This document shows, one piece after another, positions 1-8,989 of a DNA stretch of 64,000 bases. Source of the stretch: Gaiellaceae bacterium. Its GTDB lineage: Bacteria; Actinomycetota; Thermoleophilia; Gaiellales; Gaiellaceae. Below the pieces are notes generated by a model. The model was not told the DNA's origin. It saw nothing but the letters and a program-made list of their open reading frames with translations, and searched no databases. Location of the stretch: contig DATBBH010000164.1 in NCBI GenBank assembly GCA_036271075.1, positions 3,442-67,441 of the forward strand. Reading direction: 5' to 3'. The position numbers and the translations under genes are program-made. Position 1 is the stretch's first letter; each line of letters opens with the position of its first letter.

Positions 1-262
1 CCGGCCAGCCGGCGAAACGGTGCACCGGCCAGCCGTCGAAGGCTACGACGACGTCGCCCTTGCGCGCGTGGTACGACCTCGGCCCGACCATGCCAGCGGG
101 ATGATGAAACGCGGCGACAACTACCTCGGACGAGGAGGAGGTGACGGCCCAGGGCTCCCCGCGGGCGAGCTGCGGGAAGGCGTCGCCTGCCTTCCGGACG
201 ACCGCGCTGAGCGATCTCTCGTCGACGCCGGGAACGCGGGAGCTGACACAGAAGAGCTGCAT
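1..262 (-). CDS. hypothetical protein, N-terminal part only (gene runs off the left edge)
   Basis: Minus-strand ATG at 260-262, 14 nt downstream of the flippase stop. Open to position 1 (MQLFCVSSRVPGVDERSLSAVVRKAGDAFPQLARGEPWAV...). Third codon positions are mostly G/C. No family recognised. Confidence 0.4.
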   Translation of the reverse strand, partial: MQLFCVSSRVPGVDERSLSAVVRKAGDAFPQLARGEPWAVTSSSSEVVVAAFHHPAGMVGPRSYHARKGDVVVAFDGWPVHRFAGWP

Positions 263-276
263 CTGCGACGGCGGCC

Positions 277-1770
277 TCAGACCCGTTGCCCGGCAGTCAG
301 AAACGTGCGTGCCTGCGCGACGACCGCTCCGCCCCGCGTGGCCGTCCACGCGACTGCGGCGCAGGCACTGACCGCCGCGGTCACCACGTCGCGGGGACCG
401 GCCGGCATCGAGCTCGCGCGCATCAGCAGCCACGCACCAACCGTCGCAGCCGACAGGAGTGCGACGAGCTCCGCAATCGGGCGCAACGCGTGCGCGAGCA
501 GACGTGGCTCGACACCGAGCATCCGCATTCCCCAGATTCCATAGGCGAGGGCAACCGGTGGGTAGAGGAGGAGATGCGAGAGCGACGCCCCCCGGATCCC
601 GTCGATCTGCACGAGGATCAGGAGCGTCACGACCATCGCCGCACCCCAAACGGCGTTGACGCGAGCGCGCCAGCCAATCCGGCCGCTTCCGGAGAGTGTG
701 TCGCCGATCACGTTCACGACCGCGTGCGCGACTCCCACCACCAAGAGGATCTGAAAGGGAAGCACCGCTCCGCGCCACTTCTCGCCGAGCAGCCCAGGAA
801 TCAGATCCGGGGCGAGGACGACGGCGACCGGGACAAGCGGCACGAGCACGAGACACGTGAGTCGGACACCCGCGATCGTTCTGCGCTTCACCGTCTCGAC
901 GTCGGAAGCTGCGCTCGCCGGAAAGAGGACGAGGCCGATCTGAGCGGACAGCTGAATCACCGGCGCAAAGGCGAGCGTGAAAGCGAGCGAGTAGAGACCG
1001 AGCTGCGTGGCGTCGGTGAAATGGCCGACGGTCATATAGTCGGCGTTGAAGACGATCATGTCGGTCAGGCTGAAGATGAGGAAGCCGAACGCTCCGCTCC
1101 GCGCCAATCGCGTCCAACGCGCCTTGCCTCCGCGAGCGGGCAGAAGCCGACGTGCCGCGATCCAAGCGGACACGGCCAGTAAAAGCTGAAGCAGCAGCTG
1201 CCGGACCACGAGCGCCCACACTCCCGCTCCGAGCGCCGCGGCGGCGACCGCAAGTGTCGCCGCCGTGATCGTCGAGCCGGTCTGCACGAGCGAGCGGCGC
1301 TTGAACTGGAAGTTCCGCTCCAGCAGCGCGAGCGGAACGATCGCCGGGGCGTAGAGAAGCACGCTGAAGCCGAGGACCGCGATCACACGCGCGTCGGCGC
1401 CGGCCGCGAACGTCCGCGCGACAAACGCCGCCGTTGCGACGATCAACCCGCTCAGAGCAGCACCGGAGGCGATATTGAGCCCGAGCCGGGTCATGAGCTC
1501 CCCTCGTGCGAGCTCGCTCGCGGTGATGATCGCCCCGCGCGTTCCGGCCTCCATCAACCGCATCGCTGCGCTGACGAGCAGCCAGCCCACCGTGATCGTC
1601 CCGAACGTGCTCGGCGCCAGCAGCGCCGCCAAAATGAGGAGCGAGCCGTACCAGAAACACTGACCAATCACCTGGCCCGCTCCGACCCAGGAGAGCGCAC
1701 GCCGCACAGAACGCACGCTCGGAACCGAAGCAGCGCGTCCAACCGGAGTGAGGAGGGTGCTTTCGTTCAT
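277..1770 (-). CDS. polysaccharide biosynthesis flippase, Wzx-like (MOP superfamily)
   Basis: 497-aa ORF with an ATG start. Hydrophobic throughout with many predicted TM helices. Resembles Wzx/polysaccharide biosynthesis proteins and lies downstream of a GT2. Confidence 0.75.
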   Translation of the reverse strand: MNESTLLTPVGRAASVPSVRSVRRALSWVGAGQVIGQCFWYGSLLILAALLAPSTFGTITVGWLLVSAAMRLMEAGTRGAIITASELARGELMTRLGLNIASGAALSGLIVATAAFVARTFAAGADARVIAVLGFSVLLYAPAIVPLALLERNFQFKRRSLVQTGSTITAATLAVAAAALGAGVWALVVRQLLLQLLLAVSAWIAARRLLPARGGKARWTRLARSGAFGFLIFSLTDMIVFNADYMTVGHFTDATQLGLYSLAFTLAFAPVIQLSAQIGLVLFPASAASDVETVKRRTIAGVRLTCLVLVPLVPVAVVLAPDLIPGLLGEKWRGAVLPFQILLVVGVAHAVVNVIGDTLSGSGRIGWRARVNAVWGAAMVVTLLILVQIDGIRGASLSHLLLYPPVALAYGIWGMRMLGVEPRLLAHALRPIAELVALLSAATVGAWLLMRASSMPAGPRDVVTAAVSACAAVAWTATRGGAVVAQARTFLTAGQRV

Positions 1771-1794
1771 GCAGCTACCTAGCGGCGACGCTGC

Positions 1795-2724
1795 TCATCC
1801 TCCGGCGCTTCCGAGCCGGCTACGCAGGCGGTCGAGCTGCGCGCGCTGCACGGCGGCGCGCAGCTGCGGGTCGGCCCGCGGCGCTCGCCGAGCCCAGGCC
1901 GCCGACCAGCCGATCAGGTAATGGATCCCGCCGAAAAAACGCGGTTGGCGAGTCCGCATCAGTACGAACGCGTACCAGACAACCTGCAGGGGGTGAGCGC
2001 CGTATCCGTAGCTGCACACACCCCAGCGGCGGAAGCTGGCAAGGATGGAGCCGTGCGTGCCCATCCGGCGGAGATGAACCGGGTCGCCGCCGGGAACCTC
2101 GACGCTCAGGGTGCGCCAGCCGCGCAGGCGGGCGCTGAGCTCGTCCAGCGTGTCCCAGCCGAGGATCGGCGGCAACGGCGCGATCTCGTTCCAGCAGGCA
2201 CGGCGGTAGAACTTCGTCGCTCCGTGTACATGCTCTTGATGCGAGGCCAGGCGCTCGAGCGTCCCGTCGGGGTCGCGCTCGCTCAGACAGACGCCGGCCA
2301 TGCCGAGTCCCTCGTCGGAGAGAAATGCCTGCTCCAGCGTCTCGATCGTGCGCGGTGAGAGATCGAGATCGGCATCCATCTTCGCGATCACGTCGAAGTC
2401 GGCGGCAAGCCGGCCGGCCACGCGTTGGAAGGCTCGCAGCTCGTGCGCAGTGACGAGCCGGTCCCGCTCCGGCGGACGTTTGGGCAGGCGCAGATACTCG
2501 AACCTGTCGTTTGCGGCCACGAACGCAGAAGCGATCTCGCCGGAAGCATCGCTGGACCCGTCGTCGGCCAAGACGACGAGGTCGGGGGCTCGCGTCTGGG
2601 CCAGGAGCGACGCGAGGAAGAGCGGCAGATAGTTCGCCTCGTTCAAGAAGACGGCGACGACAGCGATGCGAAGCGGTGCGGTCTCGTCCGCTGCAGCCAT
2701 CACCTCACCTGTCGCAGCTGCCAT
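1795..2724 (-). CDS. glycosyltransferase family 2
   Basis: N-terminal GT-A signature IAVVAVFLNEANYLPLFLASLLAQT...LVVLADDGSSDASGEI, plus a DxD-like MDADLD motif. Confidence 0.8.
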   Translation of the reverse strand: MAAATGEVMAAADETAPLRIAVVAVFLNEANYLPLFLASLLAQTRAPDLVVLADDGSSDASGEIASAFVAANDRFEYLRLPKRPPERDRLVTAHELRAFQRVAGRLAADFDVIAKMDADLDLSPRTIETLEQAFLSDEGLGMAGVCLSERDPDGTLERLASHQEHVHGATKFYRRACWNEIAPLPPILGWDTLDELSARLRGWRTLSVEVPGGDPVHLRRMGTHGSILASFRRWGVCSYGYGAHPLQVVWYAFVLMRTRQPRFFGGIHYLIGWSAAWARRAPRADPQLRAAVQRAQLDRLRSRLGSAGG

Positions 2725-2867
2725 GCCTAGTCAGCGTACGCAGGAGCGAAGCCGAACTAAACCCGCCCGAATGGGGAGTCTTGCGCCTGGTGGGCTCGCC
2801 TACACGAGTCGTGACGGAGGGCCGTGGATGACCACGGCCCTCCGTCCGAGACCTGAAGTCGGGGCTT

Positions 2868-4733
2868 CTACTTGCCTTCGTTCAGGAAGTCGCGGTTGGC
2901 CAGGTGCCCCTTGACGCCGGAGATGTAGCTCTGTGCACCCGAGTCGTACCAGCTCCCCGAGAACCAGGCTCCGACGCAGCCCCAGAGGGCGTTGTCGAAA
3001 CCTTTTGCCGCAAGGATCTGGGAGATCGTCTGGCCCCCGTACAGCCAGCCTTGGAAGTCGCCATCGAGACAGGAGCGAAGCTGGGCGGCATAGAAGTCAG
3101 CGTTCAGCGCCGTGTCAGCGGCCGTGTAGGGGTAGCCGCCCCAGGCGCCCTCGCCGCTGCACATCGCATTCTTGACCTGGAAGAGGCCGTACGAAGCCTC
3201 GCCAGGTGTGCCGCAGTAATCGCCGACCGAGCTCATCTTCCAGTCGGACTCCTGCACTGCGACCGCCCGCATCAGGTCGCGGTCGATGCCCCACTTGCAG
3301 GCCGCCCACTGGATGATCTCATCCGTCGTCCCTTTGTAGTTGCCGGTGACGAGCGCTCTCTTCACGTACCACTTCGTGAACGACGGTGGGATGCCCACGT
3401 TCGACCACGGCACCGCCGCCGGGTTCGCCGGCACGGTGTTGTTCGCGTTCGTGTTCGCCGGTATCGGCTCCCAGGTGCTCAGGTAGACCTGCGATCCGCA
3501 CGACGAATCGCTCTTCGGCAAACCCACTGCTCCAGACGGAAGCGTGTCTGAGGTTGACGAGTCCGACGGCGCCGGCTGCGACGAGACGGCGTTCGTGACG
3601 CTGACCGACACGCCCGTCGAAAGGGCACTCAACCCCGCTTGGTCGACCGCGCGTGCGCTCAGCACGTGGATGCCGTCCGGAACCGTGGCGGAGTTCCAGC
3701 TGAATGTGTACGGAGAGGCGCTGTCCGTGGCGACCGTGTTTCCGTCGACAAGCAGATCGACGTGCGAGACCGAGCCGTCGTCCGAAGCCGAGGCTGAGAC
3801 AGACACCGTGCCGGATGCGCTGCTCGGAGCGCTTAGGCTCACGGTCGGCGCGCTTGTGTCGACCGTGATCTGCTGGCTCTGTGCCGCTTCGGCATTGCCG
3901 GCCACATCGTAGGCGCGGTACTCGACCGTGGTCGTCTTCGCAACCGAGAAAGCGCCGTTGTAGGTGCTGCCATTCGAGAGCGTCGGCGTCGTGCCGTCGG
4001 TCGTGTAGCGGATCGAGCTAACGCCGGAGCCACCACTGTCGCTCGCAGCGAGCGCGACAGAGACAGCTGAGTTGTACAAGCCGCTTGAACACGACGCTCC
4101 GTTACAGGCGATCGAGCTCGTGGGCGGGGTCGTGTCAGGCGTCGTCGTCGTTGCCTGGTTGTCGACGACAGTGAAGTCGTCCATCGTGATCACGCCGGCC
4201 CTCTGCAGCCCGAGCCCGACCGACAAGTTCGCCGTCCCCGACGGAGCCGCCGCCGTCGTCCAGGAAACCTGAGACCAGCTCGAGGAAGCGGGAACAGCTT
4301 TCTGCGCCCACCAGCTGTAACTGCTCGCCGTAGCATTGCGCCTAAACGCGAACAGGGCGGCGGGTACGCTCGACTTGTACCATGCGGTGACGGTGTAGGT
4401 ATGGCCGGCGGTCGCCGCCGGCGAGCAGCCGGCGGAGAACGCGGTCAGCAGCTTGCGGTCGCCGCTCGTGTAACCGGAGATCGAGAGTGTTTCGGCGTAA
4501 CTTCCGGTATGAGCGTCAGACGTTCTCGACCAGCTGTAGTTGTTGGTGCCGTAGCCTCCAAGCAGCCAGCACGAGGGTGTTGCCCCGGAACCGGTCTCGA
4601 GGCTCGGGTTCTGAGCGAGGTTCGCCGATGCGGCACCGGCGGATGCGACGAGGAAGACGGCGGCTGCTGCGAGAGCAGTCGCGGAGAGGCCGCGCGCTGC
4701 GAGGCGGCGGGCGGTCTGGCGGCGGATGGTCAT
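2868..4733 (-). CDS. secreted multidomain glycan hydrolase: CBM4/9-like + chitobiase/hexosaminidase C-terminal-type repeat + Ig-like + C-terminal lysozyme-like (SLT-type) domain
   Basis: Internal ATG (MTIRRQTARRLAARGLSATALAAAAVFLVASAGAASA, signal-like) preceded by GGAAGGAAA. CBM motif NPSLE..CWLLGGYGTN...DAHTGSY. One YTTDGTTP..YNGAF...YRAYDVAGNAE repeat. C-terminal AVAVQESDW...YGLFQV motif (catalytic Glu-Ser of lytic transglycosylase/lysozyme-like folds). Confidence 0.8.
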   Translation of the reverse strand: MTIRRQTARRLAARGLSATALAAAAVFLVASAGAASANLAQNPSLETGSGATPSCWLLGGYGTNNYSWSRTSDAHTGSYAETLSISGYTSGDRKLLTAFSAGCSPAATAGHTYTVTAWYKSSVPAALFAFRRNATASSYSWWAQKAVPASSSWSQVSWTTAAAPSGTANLSVGLGLQRAGVITMDDFTVVDNQATTTTPDTTPPTSSIACNGASCSSGLYNSAVSVALAASDSGGSGVSSIRYTTDGTTPTLSNGSTYNGAFSVAKTTTVEYRAYDVAGNAEAAQSQQITVDTSAPTVSLSAPSSASGTVSVSASASDDGSVSHVDLLVDGNTVATDSASPYTFSWNSATVPDGIHVLSARAVDQAGLSALSTGVSVSVTNAVSSQPAPSDSSTSDTLPSGAVGLPKSDSSCGSQVYLSTWEPIPANTNANNTVPANPAAVPWSNVGIPPSFTKWYVKRALVTGNYKGTTDEIIQWAACKWGIDRDLMRAVAVQESDWKMSSVGDYCGTPGEASYGLFQVKNAMCSGEGAWGGYPYTAADTALNADFYAAQLRSCLDGDFQGWLYGGQTISQILAAKGFDNALWGCVGAWFSGSWYDSGAQSYISGVKGHLANRDFLNEGK

Positions 4734-5079
4734 TGGTTTCCTTCCCTGGACGGGCTGAGCGATTCGGACGTTCTGCATTGGGGTTTGGCCGCCGCAAACC
4801 ACCCCCTTGTGCAGGGTTGAATCGGCAGCTACCCCCAGCTGCCGATCCACCGAAGGAGGGAACTCTTCTGGCCAGCGTGATGTTCTCGCGCCCGGGCACC
4901 CGATCCACCTTTCCCGCGCGAAGAAAGGTCTCTCGACGGCCTACAGATCGCGACAACACCTCCCTCCCCGGAGGTAAAGGCGTCCTCTTGTGCCGTGGCG
5001 CCGACACCCTAGCAACCCCGTCCGGACGGCTCGCCCGCCACTGGAATCGCCGGCCAATCGCCCTCGTGGGCGTGCGTCT
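4734..5079 (-). promoter_or_regulatory. long structured 5' leader / intergenic region upstream of the 621-aa glycan hydrolase (candidate riboswitch-like element, unassigned)
   Basis: About 345 nt with no convincing ORF. Perfect 10-bp hairpin ATCGGCAGCT-N6-AGCTGCCGAT (4821-4846). Further stems GGTTTG..CAAACC and ACCTTTC..GAAAGGT. The minus-strand RNA contains CCGAAUCGCUCAGC and GGGGGUGG, loosely reminiscent of ydaO-type elements. Confidence 0.3.
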
Positions 5080-6165
5080 CTAGGGGCCGGGTGTGAGGTG
5101 AAGCCAGCCCCGGCTCGCGAGGATCGCCTGTACCTGGGAGATGTACGTGTTCGCGCCCCGATCGTGCCACTCGCCTGAGAACCAGGCGCCCACACAGCCC
5201 CAGAAGTCATTCACGACTTTCCGGCCGTGGTAGAGCCAGTCACCCCCGTCGTAGAAGGCGCCGTTGAGACAGGAGCGGATCCAGGAGCCGTACAGGTCGA
5301 CGTTGAGCGCGGTTGCCCGCAGCGTCCACGGGTAACCGCCGAGGTCAGGATGGCCGTCCGAGGTGTGATCTTTCACCTGCATGATCCCGAACGACTCGTT
5401 GTTGTCCCCCACCTCGCTCTCGTGCCATTCCGATTCCTGTACGGCGACCGCTCGGACGGTGTCCTCGTCGAGCCCCCACTTGCAGGATGCCCAGCGGATG
5501 ATCTCGTCGGTCGTCCCCGTGTAGTTGCCGGTGACCTTGTTGCGGTTGGCAATCCACTTGCGCCAGTAGGTCTGGTCTTGCTCCTGCGACCAGGGAACGG
5601 CGCCGGTCGGCACCGTATGGTTGGCAGCAGTGTTCTCGGGCCGCGGCTCGAACGACCGCGGCGTGACCAACGATGCGCAAAGCGCGTCGGTTCGCGGCAG
5701 CGCACTCCCGGCCTGCAGGGTCGAGAAGTACATACCCGGGGTAACCGCCGCGCCGGAGGAAACGGAGGCAAGCACAACTGCTGTCTGTGCGCTCGTCTTG
5801 ACTGACGCGCCGAAGGGGTTCCGCGCAATGACCGTGAGGCGCAGGGTCGTTCCGGCGAGCGCCGGGGTGAGCGTGAGCGAGCGGCCTGTCCGGTGCGGAA
5901 CCCGGCTGCAGCGACGACCGGCTCGGTCGCAGCGCAACCAGCGGAAGCTCAACCGGATCGGTTGCGCCCCGCGCCAACGGCCCGGCCGGCCGTGCATGAT
6001 CGCTCCGACGCGGGCCTGCCCGGCGATCGTCGGAGCGCTCGTGCTCTCCGGAGGCCTGTTGCCGGCAAGTCCTCCGGGCGCCGCGATCGTCAGCCCTAGG
6101 ATTAGTGCGGCCGCAGACGAGGCCAAGAAAAGCCTGCGGCGGGACGGTAGTGCCTGCGGGGTCAC
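5080..6165 (-). CDS. secreted lysozyme-like (SLT-type) glycan hydrolase with Ig-like repeat; Tat-type signal peptide
   Basis: GTG start. N-terminus PSRRRLFLASSAAALILG matches the twin-arginine RRxFL motif. The C-terminal 200 aa are paralogous to the C-terminus of the 2868-4733 product (AVAVQESEW...FGIMQV...WGCVGAWFSG.W.D.GA..YI). Confidence 0.8.
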   Translation of the reverse strand: MTPQALPSRRRLFLASSAAALILGLTIAAPGGLAGNRPPESTSAPTIAGQARVGAIMHGRPGRWRGAQPIRLSFRWLRCDRAGRRCSRVPHRTGRSLTLTPALAGTTLRLTVIARNPFGASVKTSAQTAVVLASVSSGAAVTPGMYFSTLQAGSALPRTDALCASLVTPRSFEPRPENTAANHTVPTGAVPWSQEQDQTYWRKWIANRNKVTGNYTGTTDEIIRWASCKWGLDEDTVRAVAVQESEWHESEVGDNNESFGIMQVKDHTSDGHPDLGGYPWTLRATALNVDLYGSWIRSCLNGAFYDGGDWLYHGRKVVNDFWGCVGAWFSGEWHDRGANTYISQVQAILASRGWLHLTPGP

Positions 6166-6194
6166 GATCGAGGGATACCCGCTGCGCCTGCGTC

Positions 6195-6890
6195 CTACTC
6201 GCCGAGCAGCTCGTCTTCCGGTACGTCGCGCAGGATGCGAGCCGGGCTCCCGACGACGACCTTTCGGGGCGGGACGTCTTTGGTGACCACCGCTCCCGCT
6301 CCGACGTAGGCCTCCTCGCCGATTTCGACCGCGGGGCAGAGAACGGCGCCCCCGCCGACGCGGGCTCCGCGGCGGATCGTCGGGCCCTTCATCAACGCAT
6401 GCCGGCGCTCTGTCCGGCCCATGAAGTTGTCATTCGTCGTCAGAACTCCCGGTGCGATGAAGACGTGATCCTCGACCGTCGAGTAGTTGGTGATGTAGGC
6501 GTTCGCCTGGATCTTGGTCCCGGCGCCGATCGTCGTGTCGTTTTCGACGAGTACGCCGCGGCCGATCACAACGTCGTCGCCGATCGTCACTCGCTCGCGG
6601 ATGCAGGCCTGGTCGCCGATGATCACGCGCTTGCCGATCTTCGTGCCGGCGAAGACGATCGCCCCGGCCGAGACGATCGTTCCATCGCCGATTTCGGCCG
6701 GAGGCAGGTCAGTCCTTTTCGTGGTCGAACGTGGCGAGAGTGCCGGCCTCTTGCCGACGACCGCGTGATCACCGATCGTTGTCGCGTTTCCGAGCACCGT
6801 TAACGGATAGATGACCGCCGTGCCCGCGATCTGAAGGCCGTCGCCGCTGCCGGCGCCGCGCGACTCGACGACCGAACCGGTCTCAGTCAT
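6195..6890 (-). CDS. left-handed beta-helix (hexapeptide repeat) sugar N/O-acyltransferase
   Basis: Hexapeptide repeats (IGDHAVVG.., IGDGTIVSAGAIV.., IGRGVLVENDTTIGAGTKI) and C-terminal GARVGGGAVL...VVGSPARIL. The internal ATG at 6888-6890 overlaps the upstream stop by 8 nt. The longer ORF-track version (to 7040) overlaps the methyltransferase. Confidence 0.8.
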   Translation of the reverse strand: MTETGSVVESRGAGSGDGLQIAGTAVIYPLTVLGNATTIGDHAVVGKRPALSPRSTTKRTDLPPAEIGDGTIVSAGAIVFAGTKIGKRVIIGDQACIRERVTIGDDVVIGRGVLVENDTTIGAGTKIQANAYITNYSTVEDHVFIAPGVLTTNDNFMGRTERRHALMKGPTIRRGARVGGGAVLCPAVEIGEEAYVGAGAVVTKDVPPRKVVVGSPARILRDVPEDELLGE

Positions 6891-7731
6891 GAGAGGAGTA
6901 TGGCACCAGTCGGCGAGGACGGTTGATCGCGATGCCAAAGAGCGCCTTGCCGTCGTCTGCACGCGCGACCGCAGTTCGCGCGTCCGAGTGAGCGGAGATG
7001 AAGGAGCCGAACGCGTCGCTTCGATGGACATCGTCGGCAAGGAGCACGCCGTGCCCGAGCGCCGGCCAGACCGCCTCCAGCTCGAAGCTGACGTTCCGGC
7101 GTGTGTGGCTGCTGTCGTGCACGAACAACTCGATCTCCCCGAGCTCGGCGAGCAGCGAGGGCAGCAGCTGCCGGCTTGATCCGGAGAGGTAACTCCAGCG
7201 GTCGCGAAGACCTTGTGACACGGCGACTCCGATCTGCCCGTGCAACTTCGCGTCCGGGGCGGGCAGGTCGATGCTCCACAGATGGCCGGAGCCGTTGCGC
7301 TCGAGCCGCTCGAGGATGATCCTCGACGTGAGTCCGCGTGCGACGCCGGTCTCGACCACCTTTTCAGGTTGGAGATGCGCGGTCAGGCACCAGGCCGCAC
7401 GGGCGAGGCCCGGGTCGGCGTCGTCCCAGCCGCCGTACGCGCCGCGCCCCAGCTCAAGCCCCTGTTCACGGACGAGGTCCGCGGCCGCAGCCCAGACCGC
7501 CTCGAACTCGGCTGAGACAGGACATGGCCAGGCCAGGCCCAGTTGTCGGTGCAGCCAGGCCTCCCAGCACGGCTCCGTCTCATAGGAGACCGGCGCATCG
7601 CCTCCGGCCAGGTGGCGTGCCCGGACGAGCACCCGATCAAGTGCATCGGCCGGATCGGAGAGCGTCATGCGGACGACGCCCGCCGTCCAGCTGAGGCGTG
7701 ACGGCTTGGTGACCGTGCGTTGGTGCAGCAT
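6883..7731 (-). CDS. class I SAM-dependent methyltransferase (Methyltransf_24 / CmcI-like)
   Basis: Motif I VVETGVARGLTS, then WSIDL and LFVHDSSHT. The ATG is preceded by a strong AAGGAGGGAG Shine-Dalgarno sequence. Confidence 0.75.
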   Translation of the reverse strand: MLHQRTVTKPSRLSWTAGVVRMTLSDPADALDRVLVRARHLAGGDAPVSYETEPCWEAWLHRQLGLAWPCPVSAEFEAVWAAAADLVREQGLELGRGAYGGWDDADPGLARAAWCLTAHLQPEKVVETGVARGLTSRIILERLERNGSGHLWSIDLPAPDAKLHGQIGVAVSQGLRDRWSYLSGSSRQLLPSLLAELGEIELFVHDSSHTRRNVSFELEAVWPALGHGVLLADDVHRSDAFGSFISAHSDARTAVARADDGKALFGIAINRPRRLVPYSSHD

Positions 7732-7750
7732 CTCCCTCCTTTGCAGCCCC

Positions 7751-8989
7751 TCAGAAGCCCCGCTTGACCGCGAGGTACGGGATCAGCGCCGCCTCGACCA
7801 GTCCCGGCAGCGGGTCTTTGCGGCTCCAGACCGCTTCGGAGTTGCACTCCCGCAGCGAGCGCAGGTAGGGACCAACACCGAGGCGCTTACGAGTGATCTC
7901 GATGATGGCGGTAGGAAGGTCGGTGACGATCCTGACCCAGCGAACTCCGAGCGCGGCATGCTGGCCGGTTGCGACAGTCTCCCCCATCTGATCGTCGTAG
8001 AGGAGACTGGGGAAGTCGAGGCCGGCCGCCGGACCGATCGAGTGGTAGCCCCAGGTTCGCGCGTTCACGTCGAGCAGCTTGAACTCGCCATTTCTGCTGT
8101 CGTGCTTGAACTCGACCTCGACCAGGCCGTAGTAGTCGACCGCGGCAAGAAACTGGGTCGCGAGCTGCTCGACTTCGGGCACGCTTACGGTCTCGACGTA
8201 GGTGCTTGCCCGACCGAACTCCGGCGGATGCTGGCGCCGCCGCTGCGCGACCATGCTCGCCACGTCATGACCGTCCTTGAAGAACGCGCAGTAGGCAAAT
8301 TGCTTGCTGCCGTCACCGGGTATCAGCTCCTGGACGATCACCTCGTCCGCGCCGATCAAGGCGGACGCCTCGCGGAACCGCCGGCGTAGCTCATCCTGGT
8401 TGGACGCTCTCCACGCCTTCGCCTTGGTGGCGTAGATGAAGTGCTCCTTGATCGCCGGCTTCAACGCGACCGGAAAGTCGATCTCGAGATCGTCGACCTC
8501 AGCGCCGCTTCGGATCGTGTAGGCGCGCGGGAACGGGATTCCGAGCTTGCCGGCGAGCCGGTACGTCTCACGCTTGTCCCAGGCAGCCTCGATCGTGCTC
8601 CAGGCGGGAGTCGGCACGCGATAGAACGCCGCGAGATCGTCTCGGTGTCGGGAGAGCGTCGCTACGGTCTCGTCGCGGGTCGGGAAGAGAACCCACCCTT
8701 CCAGCCCGAGCCGGGCGCCGATGTAGAAGAGAGCGTCGAGCGTCGCCTGCTCGTCACGCAGGTTCGGGACCTGAACCGAGCAGCAGGTGTAGCGCGAGAA
8801 GCGTCCGATCGAGTGTTCGTCGTCGACGATGATCGCTGGAACGCCGTGCCTGCCCAGGCTGCGGACAATGGCAAGCCCCTGATAGTCGCCGCCGATCACG
8901 ACCGCTCCGGGCGTCGCGCGCGAGAACGAATTGTGATACCGGTGGTGGAAGTGGAACGCGTACGGCTCAGCGGAGGCGTGCAGGCTCAC
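7751..8989 (-). CDS. ATP-grasp domain protein (carboxylate-amine ligase type)
   Basis: 412 aa. Pre-ATP-grasp N-terminus VVIGGDYQGLAIVRSLGRHGVPAIIVD, a central ATP-grasp-like region and an EFK..LLDVNAR motif. The GTG start overlaps the upstream stop (GTGA). Confidence 0.75.
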   Translation of the reverse strand: MSLHASAEPYAFHFHHRYHNSFSRATPGAVVIGGDYQGLAIVRSLGRHGVPAIIVDDEHSIGRFSRYTCCSVQVPNLRDEQATLDALFYIGARLGLEGWVLFPTRDETVATLSRHRDDLAAFYRVPTPAWSTIEAAWDKRETYRLAGKLGIPFPRAYTIRSGAEVDDLEIDFPVALKPAIKEHFIYATKAKAWRASNQDELRRRFREASALIGADEVIVQELIPGDGSKQFAYCAFFKDGHDVASMVAQRRRQHPPEFGRASTYVETVSVPEVEQLATQFLAAVDYYGLVEVEFKHDSRNGEFKLLDVNARTWGYHSIGPAAGLDFPSLLYDDQMGETVATGQHAALGVRWVRIVTDLPTAIIEITRKRLGVGPYLRSLRECNSEAVWSRKDPLPGLVEAALIPYLAVKRGF

